Assembly (NCBI GenBank): GCA_017610325.1
Contig: JAFCCF010000010.1
Coordinates: 1-44,821 of the forward strand
From: Candidatus Aminicenantes bacterium
GTDB taxonomy: Archaea; Nanobdellota; Nanobdellia; Woesearchaeales; JAFCCF01
Length of the DNA stretch: 44,821 nucleotides
Direction of reading: 5' to 3'
A model generated the notes under the pieces. That model saw only the letters and a list, made by a program, of their open reading frames with translations. It did no database searches and was not told the origin of the DNA. The position numbers were made by a program, and so were the translations under genes. Below are positions 16,521 to 24,368 of this stretch, piece by piece. Positions within the stretch are counted from its first letter, which is position 1, and each line of letters starts with the position of its first letter.

Positions 16521-19500
16521 TGAAGAGAGCGACATTTGTAATATTTGTAATGATTTTGTTAGTTGCTGGAATAGCTACAGCAACAACAACTACTTCCACT
16601 ACTACTACAACCACCACCACAATTGACATCAGCGGCCCTCTCTTCATCAACACAGTTATTCCTGAGTTTTACAATGATGTTGAACTGGATATTGAGCTTC
16701 TCACAAAACCATCTGCTGAGGTATTTATCTATGTCAATGGCGAGCTCAAAAGACACAGTGTCATGGATGCAACAGGATTTTACAGGTTTGCTGATGTCAC
16801 ACTTAACCAGAACCTTTTCGAGAACAAAATCAATATTGAGGCAAAGGATTCAACTGGTTCTGTGTCCCAGGATTTCAGTGTAAAGCTTGACCTTATACCA
16901 CCTACAGTTACTCTCAAGAACCTTACAGATTTCACTGACCAGGCTACGCTGACTGTGCAGGGTACAGTTAGTGAGGATGTAAATGCAATTTTCTACCTGA
17001 GCTATGAAAGCGGGGAGAAATTCATTGAGCATAAGACAGACATTGCAGCTGGCTCGTTTTCAGAGACCGTCAACTTCAACAAGGGGGAGGGCAATTATGA
17101 GCTTGAGATAAAATTCAATGACTCTGGAGGGAACATTGTAGCAAAAACAGTAGATATTGCAATGGATGCAAGCCCGCCTGCAATAAACCTTAACCCTGCA
17201 CTTAACCAATTATCACCTTCATATGTTGATACGGTGAGGATTAAGGGCACCACAGACCCGAATGCACTGATTATTGTGTTTGTCAATGAGAAAACCTCAA
17301 CACATAAGAGCTATAGCCTAGGTGTTGTATCGATACTTGAAAAGCTTGGCAGGCTTGTTGAGGGTAAGACAGAATTACACACAACAGCTGACGGCGAAGG
17401 TAACTTTATGATTGATGTTCAGCTCACCCAGGACATTGCGGTGAGGAGCGAGGACTCTATTACCATAACACGCCCAGGTGGTACTGGGTATGTTGAGGAG
17501 ATCAGGTATTCAACAGGCAACCAGTGGCGCAACTCCATCAAGATTGTTGCAATTGACAAGTATGAGAGGGAATCACAGCCAATCACAGGCGAGATTATGT
17601 ATGCATACTGCGGTGCAGGCGGTTACTGGGGCGTCACTATTGAGAACCCAACACCAAGTATAATCCAGCCAATCCATCTGTTAAGAGGCATTGCAAGCCT
17701 TGGCTTTAACTACAGGCTTGAATGGAATGGGCCAGGCGATGCAAGCAAGGCTCGCATCAATGGCAGGCCAAGAATTGCGAAGTACACAAAGCTCAGCGGT
17801 GAGGAGTCCAAGGAATATGACAATGACCTGATTCCGTCTGGAGATATCTTCTCCCAGTTCAGCCAGCAGGCAAAAGTTGGCAGTGTAACTATTAACCTGA
17901 TGAAATGGCAGAAAACTGAGCAGGAGATTGAGGACATGGGGAAACTCAAGTTTTTCCTTGAGATGGAAATTCCCTACACCTTTGACTATTACGGTGCTAT
18001 TGGCACTGGCAGGCAGAGGAAGTGTATACCAATACATATCCAGGTTGACAAGAACATCATGGCGCACATTCCAGATGGCATGCTCAAGTTTGGTGTCAAG
18101 GCATTGAATGCAACCATTGATGTTATTGATACAGTGTTGGATGTTGTGGAAGATGTAAGGAAATTTACATTTGTAGGCTGCATTGCAATGCAATATGGCT
18201 ATAACCAGTGGATGTGGATAAAGGAAAAGCTTGCATGCGTATCATATGCTACCAACTTATTCACTCCACCTGTGCCAGAGCATGGAGAAACAATTGAACT
18301 GGCATGCAGCAAGGAAGGTGACAAGCAGGAAGATTGCGAGAAATGCTGGGAAGCAAAGGTCAGCAGGAGAAAAGCAGAAAAAACAATGCAGTGGGTGTGC
18401 GACCGTGTTTATTGCCCAGCTGCGCCAAGTGTCGAATATTATGCGCAAGAGCAGAAATCAAACCAGAACAAAATTTACTATTATTTTGAAGATGATGAGC
18501 CAGTTGTGTACCAGGGCAGCCAGTGCTATGATTACGATGCACTGAGGCCATCTTATTCTATACCTGCCAGCTCTGAAAACATTGATTCCTGCGGCAAAGA
18601 ATACAAGTATGAATGGGATCCAGCATGCATCTCAGTTGATGAGTACAGGAAGTCATTCAAGGAAACCTATGACACAAACTTCTTCAACAGCTTTGTGGAC
18701 TTTACAAGCGACATCTGCAGCAAGGGCGAGAAAGACCAATATGTAAGAACATTTGAGGCAAATGTGCTTGGTAAAAAGCATCCTTACCTTGTTATCAAGC
18801 TAAAAGGTGATACATCAGTAAATGACCCAACAGCTAACATGCATCTTAAGAGGTCAGGCTCTGAAAGGGTTGACTTCCAGTATGAGTTTGACAAGGGTGA
18901 GGGAGGAGATGGTATCAGGAACTATGGCCAGGACCGCGAGGTAAAGATTAAGCTGGTTAGCTTTACTTACCTTTACAAAAAAGGCTATAGGCTGTTTAAC
19001 AGAAGCGAGAGAACTAATGGTGTTGCACCAAAGGTTCATGAATGGAGAGAAGCATTTATCTCAGAGTCAGGTGTTATGGCTGATCTCGATAGGGCAGTTA
19101 ACGAGATTATGGGACTTCCGGATTATAATTATTATGACAAGTATTACCAGTGCAATGATGGCATTGACAATGACGATGATGGCCTTATAGACTTTACAAC
19201 AAAGGATGGTGACCCTGATTGTACTTCAGTCTATGATGATACTGAAAGCGAAGATAGGCCTCCATCAGGCGACCTTGCCAAGGATCCGCAGGAGGTTGGC
19301 AAATGGCTTGCACAGAAGTATTGTATACCCCCTGAAGCTGGGGAATCAAAGAAACAAGACGATGCTAATAAAGAAACTCTAGAAGCACAGAGCGGGTGTG
19401 ACGCGTACAGTTCTAAGTTCCCCAACAAGGGCAATGACAAAGATTTGCTTACCTGCAAGACCCGGGCAGAGAACCATTGTGATGTAATCCATGCCCAGAC

Positions 19501-22138
19501 TTCTGAGACTGAGAAAGAAAAAGACCTACAAAGCAAACAAGAACAAGATGAGGGCCAGCTCAAGGAAAAGCTTATTGCAGAAATATATAATCTTATCCAG
19601 CAGGATGTATTTGATCAGAGATACCAAGACAAATGGGTTGTTGATCCAACCTCTGGTCTGCTAAGAAGCGCATCGTGCGTGTGCCTGCCTGCATTTGAAG
19701 GTTATCTAAAACATTACAAAAACATTGCAGATGCAACCAAGCAGTGCTTTAACCAGATTTTATTAACAGGAGATACAACAGCCCAGTTCTGCAAAGCGGT
19801 CATGACGCAGTATGTCTGCGACATTATACATTCCTCACTTAAGTGCGTTGGTAAGATGTTTGGAGAAAACCTTCTGAACGCTGGCACTAACAAGGCTCAC
19901 GAAGGAGGGGGCATTGGCAGTTTCCTTGGTGCATTGTTTGGTGCAAGCGAGTCTGTTGGTAAGTCAGTAGAGAATAGGTATGGTGCAACATCAATGTTTA
20001 ATGTGATGTACCGCGAGCAGGGTTTGTGGAACTCTGCCTGTTTGGCAGCATGGGGTGGTGACTGGAATATTGAGCTTGAAAATTTGTTTGTCCGCGCCCA
20101 GGAACGGCTGCCATTAAAGAGCTTGGTATATGTGTTCCCGTCAACAAGAAGATATTTTTCAACTAACATTATAACTGGCCTGCCAACATATGTATATCAC
20201 GTAGGGTTTGGAGCGCTTGCTGGCGCAAATGTGCAGAATCTAAGGGTACAGCTGGTGTGTTCAACAGACACAACATGCGACCCAGGAGATAATTACCAGA
20301 ATGGCATATGCGACTGTTATTACACCAGGAATGACTGCCCAACTGGCGGCTGTGTACACTCACTCAGGGTGCCTGGCAGTTTAAAAAATGGGGAAACATA
20401 TTCATATGATTTCTATGAAAAGGTAGAAACCTCAAAGGTCAGGTTTGATAAGGTCAGGGTCACATATGAGTATATAGACAATAAAAATGAGAGGCAGCAG
20501 GTCAAAGAAGAATTCCCAATAAGCCTGATAGGCGGCAGCCCGCCTGCAGAGTGTACCTTTGATGTTACAAGCCTCATGTTCAGTTGCGGCATAGACACCG
20601 GGGTAAAAGGCACAGCATACTTTAACGGCATACCACGGTTTATTTCCCAAACGCCAACATTTATGATCGGCGATATGATAAAACTGCAGGGTACACTAAC
20701 AAAGATGAGTCCAAAAGACAATCCAAACTCGCCAATGTACCTTGTTGCAAAGGTCACTGACCAGGACGGAGTCATTATAGGGGGCAGTCCAAAATACTGG
20801 CACCTGCAGAGGGATGGCTCATACACCCTGGACCAAGATTCTTTGTTTACTATGGGTGTGCCAGGATTATCAATCCAAGAAAATCATTTTAGCTCAGTAG
20901 GCGGACAGTCAAGAGTCAAGGAAGGCACGAGGCGGCAAGGTGTCTATGCAACAATCGATGGCCAGCTCAGGCAAAATATAGCAATAGAATTAGGGGGTAC
21001 AGTGAATAATAGTGACTGGGATATTAAGTTTAACATCATAACACAGGGCGACGTATACATCAATGATCCTTGCGCTGAAGCTGATTATAAGGATTGTATA
21101 CTCAAAAAAGGTGGACCTAACTCCTTTGAGATTGATGGAGTCACAATTATACTTCAGGGAATTCCACTGGCATCAGATCAAAGCGGGCGATACTCAGATA
21201 CAATCAACCTCCAGCCTCAGTCAGGTATTGAGCGTAACTGGAAGGTTGAGATTTCTCTGCATTATGCAAAAGAGGATGACCCTGCAAACTATGATCCAAC
21301 ACCTATAGATGCTAACGGCGAGCAGCGCTATTCAATTCCATTTAAGGTAATAAATGCATATTCTCCAACAGCAGGCAAGTGCAGCAAATCATCTGAACAA
21401 AACTCGTTGAAAAATGATAACCCTACATGCAGGTGTGGTGTGACCTCTGAGAACAACTGCCCAACTAAGACTAACAAGTATTGTTATGGTGGTGTGTGCA
21501 GGAAGTTCCCTGCCTGTGATATAGATGCCACAAACCCGATTAAAGACTCATGCGTTTGCGATCCTTCAACAGGTGCAGGAAAAACAGATTGTAAGGTTGA
21601 CACAGACCCTAACAAGAAATCCTACTGCTACAAGGATGATGATGCAGAAACCCCAATCTGCCATGACGAAGCAAAGACACCCACACCCATAACTCCTTCA
21701 GCACCAACAACACCTGCTATTAATCTTGTGAGTATCACAGGTCTTGTGAAAAATTGCCGCAGTGCTTGCAAACTTAAACCAGATGCAGCCAATAAGTTAA
21801 AAGAAGCGCAGACAATAGCAGAGCGGGAAGGCTATAATCTCTGTGTTTTTGATTCATATAGGACAGAAGCTAGACAAAAGGAGCTCTATGACCTGCTTAA
21901 TCCGCAAAATATGCCAGTGTGCGGTCCAGACTTTGCCAATTGCCCTCATGTTAATGGTGGTGCAGTGGATATGAGGCTTTGTGATAATGACGGTAAATAC
22001 CTTGAAAGCAACGATAATTATAAAAAGCTGCAGAGAATAATGATTGAAGCAGGGTGGGCGTGGTTTAGAAGAGAACTACAGCATTTCGAATATGGAACAA
22101 CTAGTTGGAGAGGGGCAACAAATAATGAGTTCGGCTGA
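16517..22138 (+). CDS. 1873-aa giant secreted multidomain protein. Domains in order: poly-Thr stalk, Ig-like repeats, Cys-rich domains, a D-x-D Ca-binding-like motif, EGF-like Cys cluster, Pro/Thr linker and a C-terminal M15/LAS peptidase-like domain.
   Basis: ATGA-type overlap with the upstream gene. The N-terminus is MMKRATFVIFVMILLVAGIATATTTTSTTTTTTTT. Repeats end in DSTGS/DSGGN. It contains CNDGIDNDDDGLIDFTTKDGDPDC. The C-terminal motifs are SYRTEARQKELY, H1811-x6-D1818 (HVNGGAVD) and H1856 (ELQHFEY). Confidence 0.85.
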   Translation: MMKRATFVIFVMILLVAGIATATTTTSTTTTTTTTIDISGPLFINTVIPEFYNDVELDIELLTKPSAEVFIYVNGELKRHSVMDATGFYRFADVTLNQNLFENKINIEAKDSTGSVSQDFSVKLDLIPPTVTLKNLTDFTDQATLTVQGTVSEDVNAIFYLSYESGEKFIEHKTDIAAGSFSETVNFNKGEGNYELEIKFNDSGGNIVAKTVDIAMDASPPAINLNPALNQLSPSYVDTVRIKGTTDPNALIIVFVNEKTSTHKSYSLGVVSILEKLGRLVEGKTELHTTADGEGNFMIDVQLTQDIAVRSEDSITITRPGGTGYVEEIRYSTGNQWRNSIKIVAIDKYERESQPITGEIMYAYCGAGGYWGVTIENPTPSIIQPIHLLRGIASLGFNYRLEWNGPGDASKARINGRPRIAKYTKLSGEESKEYDNDLIPSGDIFSQFSQQAKVGSVTINLMKWQKTEQEIEDMGKLKFFLEMEIPYTFDYYGAIGTGRQRKCIPIHIQVDKNIMAHIPDGMLKFGVKALNATIDVIDTVLDVVEDVRKFTFVGCIAMQYGYNQWMWIKEKLACVSYATNLFTPPVPEHGETIELACSKEGDKQEDCEKCWEAKVSRRKAEKTMQWVCDRVYCPAAPSVEYYAQEQKSNQNKIYYYFEDDEPVVYQGSQCYDYDALRPSYSIPASSENIDSCGKEYKYEWDPACISVDEYRKSFKETYDTNFFNSFVDFTSDICSKGEKDQYVRTFEANVLGKKHPYLVIKLKGDTSVNDPTANMHLKRSGSERVDFQYEFDKGEGGDGIRNYGQDREVKIKLVSFTYLYKKGYRLFNRSERTNGVAPKVHEWREAFISESGVMADLDRAVNEIMGLPDYNYYDKYYQCNDGIDNDDDGLIDFTTKDGDPDCTSVYDDTESEDRPPSGDLAKDPQEVGKWLAQKYCIPPEAGESKKQDDANKETLEAQSGCDAYSSKFPNKGNDKDLLTCKTRAENHCDVIHAQTSETEKEKDLQSKQEQDEGQLKEKLIAEIYNLIQQDVFDQRYQDKWVVDPTSGLLRSASCVCLPAFEGYLKHYKNIADATKQCFNQILLTGDTTAQFCKAVMTQYVCDIIHSSLKCVGKMFGENLLNAGTNKAHEGGGIGSFLGALFGASESVGKSVENRYGATSMFNVMYREQGLWNSACLAAWGGDWNIELENLFVRAQERLPLKSLVYVFPSTRRYFSTNIITGLPTYVYHVGFGALAGANVQNLRVQLVCSTDTTCDPGDNYQNGICDCYYTRNDCPTGGCVHSLRVPGSLKNGETYSYDFYEKVETSKVRFDKVRVTYEYIDNKNERQQVKEEFPISLIGGSPPAECTFDVTSLMFSCGIDTGVKGTAYFNGIPRFISQTPTFMIGDMIKLQGTLTKMSPKDNPNSPMYLVAKVTDQDGVIIGGSPKYWHLQRDGSYTLDQDSLFTMGVPGLSIQENHFSSVGGQSRVKEGTRRQGVYATIDGQLRQNIAIELGGTVNNSDWDIKFNIITQGDVYINDPCAEADYKDCILKKGGPNSFEIDGVTIILQGIPLASDQSGRYSDTINLQPQSGIERNWKVEISLHYAKEDDPANYDPTPIDANGEQRYSIPFKVINAYSPTAGKCSKSSEQNSLKNDNPTCRCGVTSENNCPTKTNKYCYGGVCRKFPACDIDATNPIKDSCVCDPSTGAGKTDCKVDTDPNKKSYCYKDDDAETPICHDEAKTPTPITPSAPTTPAINLVSITGLVKNCRSACKLKPDAANKLKEAQTIAEREGYNLCVFDSYRTEARQKELYDLLNPQNMPVCGPDFANCPHVNGGAVDMRLCDNDGKYLESNDNYKKLQRIMIEAGWAWFRRELQHFEYGTTSWRGATNNEFG
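21770..22138 (+). other. Peptidase M15 (VanY / L-Ala-D-Glu peptidase-like, LAS zinc metallopeptidase) domain at the C-terminus of the giant protein.
   Basis: The pattern FDSYRTEARQKELY ... CPHVNGGAVDM ... GWAWFRRELQHFEYG corresponds to the S-x-[YF]-R-[ST]-x-x-x-Q, H-x6-D and terminal-His zinc/catalytic motifs of M15 D,D- and L,D-peptidases. Confidence 0.65.
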
Positions 22139-22152
22139 GCAATTTAATTAAA

Positions 22153-22977
22153 ATGTTTTTCTCAGGTATGATTTCAGAGCTAAATACTTCATTAAGAAGA
22201 TTATATGAGAAGCTTGGCTATATCTTGCTGTGCATGGTTCTTGACCTGCTGTTCTTTTTTGTGTATGGGATTGTATCTTTTTTTGCAATGAGTGTTGTGT
22301 ATAAGCTGATTAATGACCTTTCTGGATATCTCTCTGCATCGCCAGAGCTTGTTGTAAGCCTTGCATCTGACCCATTGTATAAGCAGCAGCTGAACGAGCT
22401 CTTGGTAGTGGTGCTGATTGCCATTGCTTTTACATATGTCATCTACACAATACTGCATGGCATAAACTGGTTCATTGTCAGCAGGAAACTGCTCAACTAT
22501 AAGATTAAGTTCTGGACTTATATTGGAAAATTTGCTGTCACAAGCCTGCTATGCTTTTCATCAATAGCTATTTTGGTTGTTGCTTATCTTAAAATATCAT
22601 TTACATCTTTATTTGAGTCCCAGCAAATTGCGTGGATTATATTCCTTGTGCTGCTGTTTATTGTGTTGTGGTTTGGGTTTATAACACATGCACTTGCGCC
22701 AAGCAACAAGCTCAAGGACATCTATAAGAAAACATTCAGAATTGGAATCAAGAAAGCGCATTATGTGCTGCTGATATATGCTGTGCTGGTCATCATTGGA
22801 ATTATTATCAATTTTATCCTTAGCTTGTTTGGAAAACTCAGCCCAGGACTTTTGTATGCTGGCGGAATCCTGCTGTTCCTGCCATTCATGACATTCTTCA
22901 GAACACACCTGACTCAGACCATTAACAAACTAGATAAAAACAATAAGAAGAAAAATAAAACAAAAAAGAGAAGATAA
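22153..22977 (+). CDS. Polytopic membrane protein (274 aa) with a Lys-rich C-terminus. Paralog of 4249..5082.
   Basis: It has about 6 hydrophobic segments and starts 14 nt after the giant gene. It shares sequence blocks with the 4249 gene. Confidence 0.75.
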   Translation: MFFSGMISELNTSLRRLYEKLGYILLCMVLDLLFFFVYGIVSFFAMSVVYKLINDLSGYLSASPELVVSLASDPLYKQQLNELLVVVLIAIAFTYVIYTILHGINWFIVSRKLLNYKIKFWTYIGKFAVTSLLCFSSIAILVVAYLKISFTSLFESQQIAWIIFLVLLFIVLWFGFITHALAPSNKLKDIYKKTFRIGIKKAHYVLLIYAVLVIIGIIINFILSLFGKLSPGLLYAGGILLFLPFMTFFRTHLTQTINKLDKNNKKKNKTKKRR

Positions 22978-22978
22978 G

Positions 22979-23881
22979 TTATGCTGCTTTGTCTAATTCT
23001 TCATTATTATTATTATTATTATTTAACCTATCTTCTAATTCCTCTAAGTACCCCTTATCTAGGTCCTTGAATTTATCCTTATGAACCTTTATGTAGTTAT
23101 GGAACTCTGCTTTGTTTCTTCTCTTAAGATTTACTGCGCCAAGTGCACTTGTTCCCTGAACATTTGTGTTAAATTTAAGTTTATATGGTTTAAGTAAATC
23201 CGCAGCATGATCTAGTGTCTCTTGATTTCTGTAGGGTGAGTTTAGCTCTTCTCCCAATTTATTTATTCTCAAATATTGTGGGTTCATTGACTCACTAATA
23301 TTTTTATAAATTTTGCTAGTGTATTCTTTATTTCTAAGACTATAATTGGGATCTTTTGCCTTTTCAATGAAATCCTTGATAAAACCATTTTTACCTCTCC
23401 ATTGTTCGAATATCTCCTTTTCCCATCTGTCTCTGTCTCTATCATTCTTTAATTCTTCTTCAGCTTTTTTCTCTGCTTCATTTTCAGCCATTCCATCCAT
23501 CCTATGTGCGTGTTTAATTACTGTCTTCATTATATGATTAGCAAATTTTTCAGCTTCTACTTTCCATTTTTCCTGAGGTAGATGTGAAAGGTTCTTTTTT
23601 CCTTTAAGCTCGTTTTTTACATAGCTTTTAAATTTCTTATGTAACAGAATTTCATGATCATCTTTCAAATCTTGGGCATCTTCCATTGCCTCTTGTGTTG
23701 TTATTGAATGGTATGCCTTTGATAATATATCCACTTTTTCATCTCCTAGGGCACCATAGTTTTTCACACCAGCTGATTTATGGGATGTGAGATAGGGTTT
23801 ATACTCCTCTAGAAGCAGGCTTTCAAGCTCTTCTTCTGGCAGTTTTTTCTTTTCATTAAGTTTTTCTTTTGTCTGAACCAT
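22979..23881 (-). CDS. Hypothetical, highly charged soluble protein (300 aa) with a poly-Asn tract near the C-terminus.
   Basis: This is a long ORF. The ATG at 23881 is preceded by AAGGTG with a 6-nt spacer. I recognised no family motif. Confidence 0.6.
   Translation of the reverse strand: MVQTKEKLNEKKKLPEEELESLLLEEYKPYLTSHKSAGVKNYGALGDEKVDILSKAYHSITTQEAMEDAQDLKDDHEILLHKKFKSYVKNELKGKKNLSHLPQEKWKVEAEKFANHIMKTVIKHAHRMDGMAENEAEKKAEEELKNDRDRDRWEKEIFEQWRGKNGFIKDFIEKAKDPNYSLRNKEYTSKIYKNISESMNPQYLRINKLGEELNSPYRNQETLDHAADLLKPYKLKFNTNVQGTSALGAVNLKRRNKAEFHNYIKVHKDKFKDLDKGYLEELEDRLNNNNNNNEELDKAA
23003..23023 (-). repeat. (AAT)7 microsatellite encoding N7 in the hypothetical protein.
   Basis: ATT is repeated 7 times on the plus strand, read directly. 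Confidence 0.9.
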
Positions 23882-23954
23882 TATTATCACCTTTGATTAT
23901 TATTTATTTTTATATAACTCATGTGTTACTACTCTAATATAAATGTTTCGATTT

Positions 23955-24299
23955 TCACGACGATTTTTTCTTTTGTTTGTTGTCTTTTTTCTGCTTGTCA
24001 AGGTATTCCTTGATTCTTGGGTTGATTATTGGTTTTGCTTTCTTGTCAAGGCAATAGTATACCTTTTCTGCCTCACTTCCCCAGCTATAGTCACCCTGCT
24101 CCTTCTTTATTTTCTCTACCCTGAACTCCCCAAGCACCTGGCCTTTCTTAAGGTGATAATAAATCACCCTCATAGACACCTTTGGGAATATCTCTCTGTA
24201 TATCTTGTAAATCTCATAGCCATATCCATTGCCAATAAAATGCAGTATCTCTACAATATTCTGGCGTATCTCTGATTTTACAGGCCTTCCCTTTGACAT
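23955..24299 (-). CDS. Small winged-helix transcriptional regulator, PadR-like.
   Basis: IVEILHFIGNGYGYEIYKIYREIFPKVSMRVIYYHLKKGQVLGEF...EKVYYCL matches the PadR-type pattern (GYEI ... YY.L.K ... YY.L). The C-terminal tail is Lys-rich. Confidence 0.55.
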   Translation of the reverse strand: MSKGRPVKSEIRQNIVEILHFIGNGYGYEIYKIYREIFPKVSMRVIYYHLKKGQVLGEFRVEKIKKEQGDYSWGSEAEKVYYCLDKKAKPIINPRIKEYLDKQKKDNKQKKKSS

Positions 24300-24368
24300 A
24301 CAGCTAAATACGCACAGCTAGTATTTATTCTTTTCTATATTGAAAAGAAATAGAACAAAAAAATAAGT

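Noticed and set aside
16517-16600. The giant protein N-terminus MMKRATFVIFVMILLVAG read as a class III (KRA/T) prepilin signal like the 194-aa pilin-like protein.
   Set aside because: It is ambiguous. The hydrophobic core is followed by IATA/TTTT, which equally fits a normal Sec signal-peptidase site. The body does not belong to the pilin-signal paralog family, so I left it as a generic signal peptide.
24300-24368. A small inverted repeat, TTCTAT-(11 nt)-ATAGAA, between purF and the PadR-like gene, considered as a PadR operator or terminator.
   Set aside because: The stem is only 6 bp in AT-rich DNA, which is expected by chance. I kept it out of the findings.
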